DNA of 64,000 bases from Antechinus flavipes (Eukaryota), in the NCBI RefSeq assembly GCF_016432865.1, contig NC_067400.1, forward strand, positions 558,124,001 to 558,188,000, written 5' to 3'. Every line of letters starts with the position of its first letter. Within the stretch, counting starts at the first letter, position 1. The translations under genes were made by a program, and so were the position numbers. The notes below the pieces were generated by a model. That model ran no database searches and was not told where the DNA came from. It saw only the letters and a list, made by a program, of their open reading frames with translations. This document shows positions 36,032-47,956 of this stretch, one piece after another.

Positions 36032-39000
36032 ATGGACGACATTTTCACCCAGTGCCGGGAGGGTAATGCTGTGGCTGTGCGTTTGTGGCTGGACAACACA
36101 GAAAACGACTTGAACCAGGGGTGAGGGGCTTTGAGGGGCTGGGCAGGGAACAGTTAACTGTGGCTTTGGTATCTAGGCACAGCCTTTTCTTGGGCAGGGC
36201 TTAGTTTCTGTGATCCGTACCAGGGCCAAGTGGATAGGGCTGGTGATGTTGGGGAGGGGGAATGTATTTGGCAAAAATATCGGGAGAGGGCTAAATAAGA
36301 CTATGACCCTAATTCTTGCCATTAGGACCTCAGGTGGGTGCGTAAGGAGTTGAAGCCCTAGAACAACTCTGAAAAGCAGAATGTGAAAGTTCTAGGAATT
36401 CAGAGCTAGATATTCATTTCTAAGGTCTTAAATCTACAATATTGCATTTCTCTTTTTGCCAGGATTAGTGTAGTGGTAGATAAAGTACAACTGGATTTCA
36501 GTATAGCCTCTGATGGCTTATTAAGCTGTCTTTGGAAGATAGAGTTGTGAGCTCTAGTTCCTAGTTCTTGAGCCCTGAACTAGGAACTTTGCACAGATTC
36601 AGACCCAGAGAATAGTAGGTCAGTGTTAACGGGGTGGGAGGTCTCTAGTGGAGTGACCCAGGCACCTTTTGACTTTTGCTGTTTCAACATTTTGAACATT
36701 GACTTGAGGAAAGGTGTAGGTAGCATGTCTGTCCTGTTAGTTTCATGTCAACTACAAATAGTGATAGCTAAAAAACTGGACAGGGCAATTGGGACAGCCG
36801 GGTGGTACAGCGGATAGAGTACCAGCCTTGAAGTCAGGAGAACCTGGGCACAAATCCAACCTCAGACACTTAACAATTCCTAGCTAAGTGACCCTGGGCA
36901 ACTCACTTAATCCCAGTTGCCTCACAAAACAAAAATAAAAACAAGAAACAGAACAAGATCCCAAATCATACTATTAAGCTAAGGTCAGATCAAATCTAAT
37001 AGAAAATTTCACAGAGCTGTTCAAACATGTAGTCTTATTTTTGGTTTAAAAATTTCAGTTGCACAAGTACCAATTGTGAATGTACAGATCAACAATTCCT
37101 GTGGAAAAATTCTGGGGATTTTAGTGGAATACATATTGAATATGAGTTAATGTGACAATGTAGCCAAAAATGTTTACTGCTTCCCAGGTCTCATTCAGAG
37201 GCATTCATTCAACATACATTTTTTTCAGTACTTAGCCTGTGCCAGGCATTAGCAATACAAAGATAAAAATGAAACAATCTGGGACAGCTAGGTGTCACAG
37301 TGGGTAGAACACCAGCCCTGCAGTCATGAGGACCTGCCCTCAAATCTAGCCTCAGACACTTAAACACTTCCTAGCTGTGTGATCCTGGGCAAGTCACTTA
37401 ACCTCAATTGCCTCAAACAAAAAAGAAAAGAAAAGAAATAAATCCCTCCTCTCGAGGAGCTTCCATTCCACTTAGAGAAAGGGGAGGTTAACATACATAA
37501 ATATCAATCTAAAGTGAATATAAAGTGGTTGGAAAGGGCACTAATGTTAATGATTAGAAAGGGATCTAGTCACACTTGAACTGAGCAGGAAAAAAATAAG
37601 CAGGATGTTCTAGGAGTCTTAGGTGAGGAGAGAGTTCATCTGACTCATGGCAGACAAGCCTGTGTGTTAGGGCACAGAAGCTGGAGATGGGGTGCCAAAT
37701 TTAGAGAATAGCAAACAAGTCACTTTGCCTGAAAATTAAGCATGTCTGAGGGAGAGTAATGGGAAGTCAGTCTGGATAGATCAGAGTATCATTGACAAGA
37801 GTTTCAAAAGCCAAATAAAAAACTATTATACAGTAGATTTAATCACTAAAGCTTCTTGAATAGAGGAGTGATAGGGTCAGACCTACATTTTAGAAAGGAC
37901 AATTTGGGGACTAGAGAATGATGAGACCCAATCTTTTTCAGTAGTCTGGGCAAGAGATGATGAGGGGCCAGAAGAGGGTGGTGATTATGTGAATGGAAAG
38001 AAGGGGGCAGATGTGAGAGAGATTGTGGAGGTAAACTCACAAGACTTGGAAATTGATTGGATATGGAGGTGAGGAACAATAAAGAATCAAAATGACTTGA
38101 GTGTTTGAACTAAGGTGGCCAAGAAAATGATAGAAATAGGGAATTTAGAATGAATTAGTTTGGAGAGAGAGATGAAATCGATTTTGGACATGTTTAGATT
38201 TCTGTAGAACATCTTATTAGGAGTATATGGTTGGTGATTTAAGACTGATTGCAGCTCAGGGAAGAGTAGGTCTAGCTATAATGATCTGAGAATCATTTGC
38301 TTAGAAATGATAATTGACTATATGGCAGTTGATGAAGTCACTAAGAAAGAATATAAAGAAAGGCAAAGACGAAGCCATGGGGACACTTAAAGTTAGGGGC
38401 CCAAACTTGGATAATGATTCAGCAAAGACAACTGAGAAAGAATGTCTACACAGAGAATCAGAGATATTTCAGGAAACTCTAGGGAGAAAATATTAAGGAG
38501 TTGGTTAGCAGCATCACAGATTAGCAGGAGATTAAAGATGACTGAAAGTGCCACTTGTTTTAGAGAAATTGAAAAATCTTTGATAATCTTGGAGAGAGCA
38601 TTTTCAGCCTAGTAGTGAGATCAGAAAGCTAGTTTGGAATGAGTTGAGGAGAAACATTAGAGGACATAAGAATAAATGAGTTTTTTTTTTTAAAGAATGT
38701 TATTTATGAAAAGGAGGAAAGATAAAGGACAATGACTTGAGGAAATGCCATGGTTAAAAAAATCATTTGGTTATTGAGGCTAAGGATATTTTTGTAGAAC
38801 AATAGCGAAGAATAAGCCAAATACAGTGAGATTGAAGATTAGGAATGGGGAAGATGAAGGATAGTGGGGGGGAATAGTACTGGTAGAGCACTGCTAGAGA
38901 TGACAGGGGAGGGGGTCAAAGGCACATGTTAGAGAAGTTGACCTAGAGTAAAGGAGGTGAGTAGGGAGGATCATATTAAGGGCTTTTTGAGTTATAGAAA

Positions 39001-42000
39001 AAGGGAAAAAAGAAGAGGATTGGAAAAACTGTCATGTGAAAAAGGGGATTAGGCTCAATGTAAGGAAAAAAATTTTAATTAGAACTACCTATAGCATGCA
39101 GTAGGAAATAGTTAAGTTTCTTATGTCTCAATATTATAAAGCAGATGCTGGAAAGCCAGTTGTTCAGGGTGTTTTAGAAGAAATTCCGGATCAAGGACTG
39201 GACTTAGAGCAGAGTCTCAGAATCTCAGGATTTGTATGTATACAAATATATTTGTAGCTGAAAGAAGCAAAAGGGAGCAGGCCAATAGCCGAACTAACTG
39301 GAGCCCCTGCTCCACCCCTCTTCCTAATGACCCAAACCCTTCAGGCCCAGCCACACCCCTCCTCCTCAGACTAGCCTGTCCCCAGTCCTTTAGAGTTCTT
39401 GCCCCACCCCAGTCCTGCCTCTCAACTCTGCTTGGGTTGCCTTCCTACCTCCAGACCTTGGTGGGAATTTCCTTATATGGCCATTTGACCAGAGGCCCTC
39501 TGCTGGAGGCAAGCCCCACCCTCAACAGCTTCTGATTTCCCTTTTAGTCCCTAGAGTTCTGCTAGAACTCTTAAGGATTCTCCAGTTCTAGTGACTATTG
39601 TCCCTCTTTTAGTCAACAGATCCTGATGTTTGACTTCTGCCAGTTTTTTATTTTGCCCTTAAACTCCATCCCCACCCCCATTAAAAATCAGTTTGTCGAA
39701 TTTTACATTTTTTTTCACTTCTGTGTACAAATTAATTTTTTTCCATTTAATAGATTAGGAAACAAGCTCAAAATTTAAATGACTTCCAGGCTTATACATG
39801 GACGTTTTATGAGTCCAATCCAATTTTGTTTCATCCATCACATTTTTCCTCTCCATCAACCCCTTAACCATGTTGTGACCCTAAATTGATTTTTCTGACC
39901 CTCTATCCTATAACACAGGAATGTTTTTATTTCTACAATCCACTTTTTAGGGTAGGGGCTGAAAGCACTTTGTAAAGTTTAAGGCAGTGTATAAATGTGA
40001 ATTATGATTTTATTTATTCCCATTTTCTAGGGATGACCATGGTTTCTCTCCATTGCACTGGGCCTGCCGAGAAGGCCGCTCAGCTGTGGTTGAAATGCTG
40101 ATCATGAGAGGAGCCCGAATCAACGTAATGAACAGGGGTGATGATACCCCACTCCACTTGGCAGCCAGCCATGGGCACCGGGACATTGTGCAAAAAGTAG
40201 GCAATCTTCCCTCTCCTTTATATCATCTAGATTGGAGCACTATTCAGAGGCATGGGACAATGGGATAGGGTTTGGCCCTTGGCACTGGATGAGGAAGGGC
40301 TCTTATCTGTACATCTACTGCCAGAAAACAAATTGATTGAGGAAGGGCTGGGGGGATACTGAGTTAATGGGATACACATATCTTTTGTTTTTTTTCCCAG
40401 TTGCTTCAATACAAGGCTGACATAAATGCAGTGAACGAGCATGGGAATGTGCCCCTTCATTATGCCTGCTTCTGGGGCCAGGACCAAGTGGCAGAGGTGA
40501 GGACTTCACTCATTTTGGGGAAGGAGACCACCTGATCTCCAAAGGTGTTATAGGAGAAAGTGGGTAGGGATGAGAAATGACCCCTTATGGTCATTCCTTC
40601 CCCAGGATCTTGTTGCTGGTGGAGCACTAATCAGCATTTGTAACAAGTATGGAGAAATGCCAGTGGACAAGGCTAAAGCCCCACTTCGAGAGAGCCTCCG
40701 AGGTGAGCCTTGGATCCTAAACTCACTGTCCAGCCCCCAACATTGTTTCCTCAGTGGAGTCCATCTGTGGGAGGGGGAATAGATTGGGGTCCAGCTTTCC
40801 TGTTGCTTACCCTAAGGGGCTGTGTCTCTCCATTGCTTTTCCTTCTCAGAACGGGCTGAGAAGCTGGGCCAGCCAATGGGCCGGATCCCATACAAAGACA
40901 CATTCTGGAAAGGAACAACACGCACTCGACCTCGTAAGTTGAATTAGTTTACTCTTAACACCCAACAACTCTTCCCTTAACGTTCTATTCCTTGGTAAAC
41001 TACATATCTACCCCCCAATTCCATTATCCTCAAAGGGACTGGCCCTGGACATCTTCCCCCATCCCCCTTCAGGGAACAGCCCCTACCTAGCCCCCCTGTC
41101 TAACACCCCACTCCTCTCAGGGAACGGCACCCTGAATAAACACTCAGGCATCGACTTCAAGCAGCTCAACCTGATGGTGAAACTCAACGAGAACCAGTCA
41201 GGAGAGGTGACCTGTAGACCCTTAAGAACCCCTTAGTTCCAAGCCCAGATCCCCTAACTGCCTTAGCCTTGGCCTCCTAACCACACCCCGTCTACCCCAA
41301 GCCTTCTGCATAGGCCAGGAACCCTGTATTGTGCTTTTTCCTCTCTAATCATTCCTCTACTTCGCTCAATGCATAGTGGGGGAAAACCTTGGATTTCCTG
41401 GAGAGAAAGTGGGTTTGGCTCCAGCTTTACTTCTTATTTTGCTGTGTGAATGAATTATTTGATCTCTCTAGGCCTTTACTTTCATCTATAAAATCAAAGG
41501 GGTTATAGAGATGATCTGAGGTCCCTACCAGCTCCAATTTCTTTGATCTTATCCTCCCTGACCCTAATCCCTAATCTGATCCTGCCTGTCCCAACCCAGC
41601 TGTGGAAGGGTCGGTGGCAGGGGAATGATATCGTCATCAAGATGTTGAAGATCCGTGACTGGAGTACAAGAAAGAGCAGAGACTTTAATGAGGAGTATCC
41701 TAAACTGAGGTGGGGGAGTTGGGGGCATGGGGAGGTGGGGGGGGGGGGTCAAAGGGACAGAGCAGCAGGTGAGTTCTGGCTTATTTTTGCAGGATCTTTT
41801 CACACCCCAATGTGCTGCCTGTGTTGGGAGCCTGTCAGGCACCCCCTGCCCCTCATCCTGTTCTCATCACCCACTGGATGCCTTATGGCTCCTTGTACAA
41901 CGTGCTTCATGAAGGGACCAGTGAGTTGTGGCATTGTACCCAGAAAGGGATGGGATGGGGGGGGGGAACAGAGGTGGGGGGTGGAAACAAGAACCTGCAG

Positions 42001-42843
42001 CCAGCTGTCTGGTCTGAGGGTTAACTCCTTTCCTTCTCCCAGATTTTGTTGTTGATCAGACCCAGGCAGTTAAGTTTGCTCTGGACATGGCAAGGGGCAT
42101 GGCCTTCCTGCACACACTGGAGCCCCTCATACCCCGGCATGCCCTCAACAGCCGAAGTGTCATGGTGAGACTTAAAGCTGCAATGGACTTGGTATATCTA
42201 ATCCAACTGTTACTTGAGCAGATTCCTCACTACAACCAGCCTTTGTTTTTTCCTCCCCAGATTGACGAGGATATGACTGCCCGTATCAGCATGGCTGATG
42301 TGAAATTCTCCTTTCAGTGTCCAGGGCGCATGTATGCCCCTGCCTGGGTGGCTCCTGAGGGTAGGGGGGGATGAAGGTAGAAGATAGCAGATTTACTGGG
42401 GAGGTGGGAGATAGGAAAAGAGTCAAGTTTCTTATCCCAATTCTTTCCCTCGACCCAGCCTTGCAGAAGAAGCCCGAGGAGATTAATCGTCGTTCTGCAG
42501 ACATGTGGAGTTTTGCCGTGTTGTTATGGGAACTGGTGACAAGGGAAGTACCATTTGCTGACCTCTCCAACATGGAAATTGGCATGAAGGTTTGGAGAAT
42601 GCAGGGGACATGTTTGGGGGGGAGGGAGGAGGGGAAGCAGAAGCAGATTTATGGGACAGATGTCCTGAACCTGGGGATTCTTGCTGCTTATAGGTTGCTC
42701 TGGAAGGTCTCCGACCCACCATTCCTCCAGGTATCTCCCCACATGTGTGTAAACTCATGAAGATCTGCATGAATGAGGACCCAGCCAAGAGGCCCAAGTT
42801 TGATATGATTGTGCCCATCCTGGAAAAGATGCAGGACAAATAA
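36032..42843 (+). CDS. ILK: Integrin-linked (pseudo)kinase, 12 coding exons: join(36032..36120,40031..40196,40401..40496,40606..40702,40850..40933,41121..41206,41600..41709,41793..41920,42043..42164,42261..42360,42459..42589,42694..42843), 452 aa
   Basis: [12 protein letters not shown] start; ankyrin repeats; [22 protein letters not shown]; LWKGRWQG; pseudokinase DVKFSFQ; ...ILEKMQDK*. Exon lengths sum to 1359 nt. Confidence 0.97.
36791..36935 (+). mobile_element. WSINE1-like SINE
   Basis: GGGACAGCCGGGTGG...CTCAGACACTT...GTGACCCTGGGCAACTCACTTAA...A-rich tail. Confidence 0.8.
37281..37437 (+). mobile_element. WSINE1-like SINE
   Basis: GGGACAGCTAGGTG...GCCTCAGACACTT...GGGCAAGTCACTTAAC...A-rich tail. 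Confidence 0.8.
37440..38990 (-). mobile_element. LINE-2 fragment in ILK intron
   Basis: Purine-rich reverse complement of the L2 3' region (GGGTCAGACCTACATTTTAGAAAG, GTAGTCTGGGCAAGAGATGATGAGGG). Confidence 0.7.
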
Positions 42844-43095
42844 GAGCCTTATGGGGGGAAAGGGGTACATCTATACCCCCTTCCTAGCAGCAGAACCCAG
42901 GGCCCTTCCCTCTCCTGGCAACGGTACAGCCACCTCAGCTCCCCCTCACCCCCCAGCTTTAGGGGCTACCTTCCCACCCCCCCATCTGCCAATCTTGGAG
43001 GAGTGGGGGTAGGCTCAGCTTTGTTTCACACCATGCCAAGCCCCACTTCTCAGTGTCTCCCCAATGTGGGAAGAGCAGCCACCTGCCTCAGTCAC

Positions 43096-43101
43096 AATAA
43101 A
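43096..43101 (+). terminator. Poly(A) signal of ILK
   Basis: AATAAA ~250 nt after the stop. Confidence 0.8.
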
Positions 43102-43103
43102 GG

Positions 43104-43109
43104 TTTATT
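43104..43109 (-). terminator. Poly(A) signal of TAF10
   Basis: TTTATT on plus, ~100 nt after the TAF10 stop. Confidence 0.75.
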
Positions 43110-43208
43110 ATGAAAACAGGCTGGTGTGGGAGTGGGTGGGGAAGAAGGAATGGGACTGAATGTGTACACACCCACACACACCCCCGGCCAGCCGGGGAAG
43201 AGGTGAGC

Positions 43209-45149
43209 TTAGGTGAAATAATGTGGCTTCTTGACATTAATGCCATATTCACTGAGTGCAGGGGTCAGGTCTTCCATGGTCAAGGTATACTTTCGGTCCT
43301 GGAAAAGAAAAATAGAAGAGCAATAACATGAGCAAGGGATGTAGTCTTGATTCTTGCATTAATGTCCCGAGGCAAAGACTTGAGTTTTTATGTATATAAA
43401 ATAGGGATGATAATTCCCATAGTTTTCACAGGACCACAGGTGTCTACTAATAGAAAGTTTCAAGCTTCATTAAGAGATCCAGGGGAACATTTGTCACATC
43501 ACCAGCCTAATGCCAATCTACTTACTTTGCTCTTGCTCCTGGAACTGCCTGAGGCAGTGCCCTTCATCTTGCAGTGCTGTAGGGCATCATTGGCAATGTC
43601 AGAGATGAACTTCTGGGCTGCCAGGGAGATGAGCCGGACACTGGGAAGGTAGAAGGAGTTGGCATATGGGGATAAAACTAGCCCTCCCTCAAGTTGAAGT
43701 CTGTACTTGGCATACAGAAAGGAGCTAGAGATGCTCACTAGATGCTGGGGACTGGATTTTCCTGTGCCAAATCACTTACATTCTGGGATCAGAGGCTTCA
43801 AAACCAGCACGATTCAGGTAGTAACCAGTAACAGCATCTGGAATCTGAGAACATGCATAAAACTTCAATCAGTCACTATGCTAAATACTAGGGATACAAA
43901 GAAAATCAAAAACAATCACATCTTTGAAACCAAATAGTTTATAGTTTAATCAACAAAAGTGTGGAGGGGGTATGTGCATAATAGAAAGGGAAGGGGAGGC
44001 CAAAAGTTGGAGATTTGGGTAAACCTTATAGAAAACAGCTCTAGAAATAATCCTTAAAAGAAATTAGAACCTTTGGGTAAATCTAGCTTTTGCTGAATGC
44101 TAATGCCCTTCAGAAACAAGGGAGAAAAAGACCTTCAGCCTAAAGATAAAAATGGATCTCGCCAAGGAAAAATTAATGACCGAAGGAATGGCAATAAATT
44201 GGCCAGCACAATCCTGCAGAGAACTGAAAAAAGGTTGTAAAAACAGTTATACGTACTGTGGGTGTGTAGTCTTCCAGTTGCATGAGGAAGTCCACCAGGG
44301 GTGTACTAGACACAACGGGCTTGACCTCTCCATTGGCAGCACCAGGCAGCACGTACACTCCGTTAGACATGGCACCTTCAGGGGGGGCTGTTCCCCCAGC
44401 TGCAGATACCGGGACTGGCAGAGGAGATAAGAGGAATTTCAAATGGATAGTAGAGTAGTGGAGAGAATGATGGCTAGGAAGCCAGCACTAAATGCAGGAG
44501 GGGCACCTGGCTGATCTGGAAACGGAAAGGCCTCACAACTAGGTCTTCCAGGCTCGCATTGCTCAGCTGTTCACCATTCTCTCGTTTCCTCAGCGCTCTG
44601 GAAGGCTCGCCGTCCTTCCCCCTCCCCTCCTCCCCCCCCACCACACACACACCCCCCTCCTCTTTACGGCCTTTCAGAGACAGAAGGGCCTTCGGTTATC
44701 CAGTCAGTACTCTGTGAACAAGAATCTCTTCTACGATAGAAACTGGTCCTCCAAGCTTCTCTTTGAGGCCTTCCTGGAGGGGTCGGGCGCCTTCCATCCT
44801 ACGACAGCTTTGCTTTTGTCAGCACTTGTTTTCCTTTAGTCGATGCCTCAAGCTGCGCCACCCACACGAGAGCCCCAGTTCCCCCTAGCTCTTCTCATCC
44901 TATACGGGTCCTGGCTCGCTCCCCCCGCGATCCCTGCTCACCCGAGGCCCGGCGGTCGGACGTGTCCCCCCGGCCAGGGCCGGGGCCTGCGCCTCCCGCG
45001 GGGCTGGCCTTGCTCTCGACTGTAGCGGGAGCCGGCGCCGGTGCAGGGGTCGGGGTCGGAGCAGGGGTGGGGGTGGGAGTCGGGGCCGGGCCCGGCGGGG
45101 CAGGGGCAGGGGCCGGGACCACCTCGGGGTCCGCGCCACTGCCACTCAT
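43209..45149 (-). CDS. TAF10: TFIID subunit 10, 5 exons: complement(join(43209..43298,43526..43640,43780..43844,44257..44414,44942..45149)), 211 aa
   Basis: MSGSGADPE; [40 protein letters not shown]; [25 protein letters not shown]; [15 protein letters not shown]...KKPHYFT*. Confidence 0.96.
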
Positions 45150-45560
45150 GGCGCCGGGCAGGAGGCGGGGAGCGGGGACGGAACCCGAGGCCGAGAACTA
45201 GGAGGACAGAACCGCTTCCGCTTCCGCTTAGGTTCACGTCTTTCCCTCCCCCTCAAGCGACTTCCTCCTATTTCCGGCTGAGGCCGCGCCCTCCGATCCC
45301 GTTGGCGTAACCGCGACGTCGAGTCCTACGGCTTGTATTCCTCTCCCACTGGCTCCGGCTTGGCGCGTCTCTTTCGCCCCACCCCACCCAGGATCATAGA
45401 GAAGTGCGAAGCTAGAGGGTCTGCAGAACAGCTGGCGTTGCTATGGAAACCGGTTCGTTTGTCTTCAGCCGACTGAACTTTCCTTTGGGCTCCCGGACCT
45501 CGGAGGCCGGGTGAGCCCACTCTTCGCCCTCTGTGATGCCGGTCCATGTTGAGGTCTCGA
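44800..45560. promoter_or_regulatory. CpG island / TAF10 promoter with ETS(GABP)-like CTTCCG tandem (45211-45226)
   Basis: CpG-dense; CCGCTTCCGCTTCCGC and TTTCCGG lie 60-130 nt upstream of the ATG. Confidence 0.8.
45437..45450. promoter_or_regulatory. RFX X-box-like motif GTTGCTATGGAAAC
   Basis: Close match to the GTTGCCATGGCAAC consensus, inside the CpG island. Confidence 0.55.
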
Positions 45561-47956
45561 GCACTCTGACTCAAGTCCGAGTTCATCTATTGCTTATTGG
45601 GTGGATGACCCGGTAATTAACCTCACTGGGCCTATTGCCTCATCTGTTAAAAAAAAAAAAAAAAAAGATGGTGGGCTAGATGATAGCCCTTCCCCCCAAC
45701 CCCTCAGTCCCCGGGTCTCTTCCGCACTAAGCCAATGAGTGACCCCTGGAGGCTGGGGGAGCGTCGGGCCGAGGCAGTAAGGCCTATGGGGCGTTGGGAA
45801 TCCCTGGATGCTGCTCCCACCCCGCCTGTGCTCTGCCAATCTGGGCAATGAGAAAGGCCATGACAAATGGCTGCTCTAAATTCAACAGCACTCTTTCCGG
45901 GAATTTTTATGAAGAGTAGCATCTACACGTTTAAGAAAGGGCAACGTGTTACCCATGGGTAAAGACCGTCAGTTCCCTCTACTTCAGTTATCTCTGCACG
46001 AGCCTACCCAACTACATCTCTTTATCTGGGAAACAGGGCTCCTCTATCTTTGCTTTTTCCCTTCCTGGATTTCTGGACTGACCTGATTTTAAGTGGCCCA
46101 AATTCTTTTCTTCTAGGAAACTTCCAGAAGCCAGAGGCTTCCCCCCTCCCCCACTTTGTGTCTAGGGGTGTCATTTTCCCTGACAGTATCCTCCCCCTGG
46201 TCCAAATTCCTTCTCACACATTGACAGAAGAGGCTTTTTTTAACTAGTGTTGAGTTTCTCATTCCTGGAGGCTTTCTGGAGAAAACGGGAAGCAGTGGAA
46301 TATTGGATTTGCAAAGCAGGAGACTTGGTCCCAACCTTAATTAGCTGTTTCAACCTGGATTTAAGTTTGTCTATCTGTATTTGACAAACATTTCCTTTAT
46401 TTTTATGTTGCTTTAACAAAGTGCATCCAAACTTTTTTTTTTTTTTTTTGCAATTGGGTGTCTACTTTGTAAAACCTTATATTCACCTTATTTCTGTACA
46501 TCCCTTTTTTGCCACTGTGGCAGCTATGTGATACAGTGTATAGAACACTGGGCCTGGAGTCAGGGAGATTCTTTTCCATGAGTTCAGATCTGGCTTCTTC
46601 TGAGTTCTTCTGAATTGGGTGACTGAAATTAACCCCGTTTGTCTCTGCTCCTTGTTTGTAATATGAACTAAAAAAGGAAATGGCAAACCATTCCAGTATC
46701 TTTGCCAAGAAAACTCACATGGAGTCATGAAGAGTCAGATACAACTAATTAACAATTTGCAAAACAGGCCTACCTATTTTACAATGTTATTGTAAATAAT
46801 GTGGCTGGATGACTTATCATAGATATTAATAGAGCTTTGTTTTTAACTCTACTGCTTTTGTCATATAATAGAAATATTATAACTATCTAAATTTGTCATG
46901 ATCCACTAATAGATTGCACCTAAAAGGGGGAGGAGGAAATAATTCCTCATTTAAACTTGTATACTGCTCCTGCCTTCCTTTTCTCCTACCAGTGCCTAGC
47001 CCAATATTCGACATAAAATTTTTAAGAATTGTGTTAACTATTCACACCAGTCAAAATGATTGCATGGGTGACACTTCTTCCTTCAATTCCATTTGCAATC
47101 AAGCTTATTTCTAACCTGTCCTAGCTAACAGTTTTTTAAGAGCATTTATGATAAAGGTTCAGGGCATCAGGTTCCTTCCTCATCTCTGCTCCATTTTCTA
47201 CCCTGGAGTTACCAACAGTAAAAATGAAAATGGAAATCTCCAGGACTTATTCTGACTCAGCAATAACAAGGAGTTAAGGATCAGGGCCCAAGGCCCATGA
47301 ATTAGCTCAAGTAGCAGACTAGTTAATAGATGCAAAACCACCTCCCTGTGAGCTTAATGGGACCTGGGGCCTCTCTGACAGCTTGTCCTGGTGAGGATAT
47401 TCCAGACTATACACATGTGTGACCTATTTAGGTCTCAATTTCCTTTTCTGAATTAAGATATTTAACTGACCTGCATGCTCTTCTTTCATTTAACTGACCT
47501 GCACCCAGAGTGTGCAGGACTCTGGTCTCTGAAGACCAAGGGAAACCGTGCTCTCTCTGTCCCTCAAGCAACTCAGAAGATGTAGAGAAAAGATCACAGG
47601 CTTTATTTTTTTTTCCGCAAATATAGACAACAGTAAGCAAATTGGGAAGGGGAATACTCATGGACAGATGAGGTCATCTATACTGGCTGTGATTGCCTGG
47701 GGCAGGTTTGGCTTCAATGGCCTGGCAAGGGAAACTGAAGAAATAAGAAGTAGGGGGAAGAATTAAGCCCTACAAATACTTTGTGAGGGGGTAGTGATGT
47801 TAATCAGTACCCATGAAAGTTGTAGGATTGGTTACTGCAGGAGTCAACTTAGTGTTCACAGCAAGGATGAGTCAGGGAATCAAGAGTACCTGCAGCAGGG
47901 TGGGATCAGGGTGTCAAAGAGGGTGGCATTTTCCAAGAACAGGGTAAGATCAAATC

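Larger units (their letters stand above)
34200..36070. promoter_or_regulatory. CpG island / bidirectional promoter shared by head-to-head RRP8 and ILK
   Basis: High GC and CpG density; GC boxes (GGGCGGGGCC ~35012, ~35143); the two ATGs diverge 1.2 kb apart (34822 and 36032). Confidence 0.85.

Noticed and set aside
34368-36099. Many long overlapping ORFs (100-179 aa)
   Set aside because: Expected in GC-rich CpG-island DNA; only RRP8 exon 1 and the ILK first coding exon match known proteins.
36281-37440. tRNA-like A/B-box sequences as tRNA genes
   Set aside because: They are heads of tRNA-derived SINEs with CORE domains and A-tails; no cloverleaf.
42280-42320. Non-canonical kinase motifs in ILK (DVK instead of DFG; HALN instead of HRD)
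   Set aside because: An established feature of the ILK pseudokinase, not novel.
41543-42760. ORFs reading through ILK introns (e.g. 41543-42055, 42371-42760)
   Set aside because: Short GC-rich introns happen to lack stops; canonical exon sizes give the 452-aa ILK.
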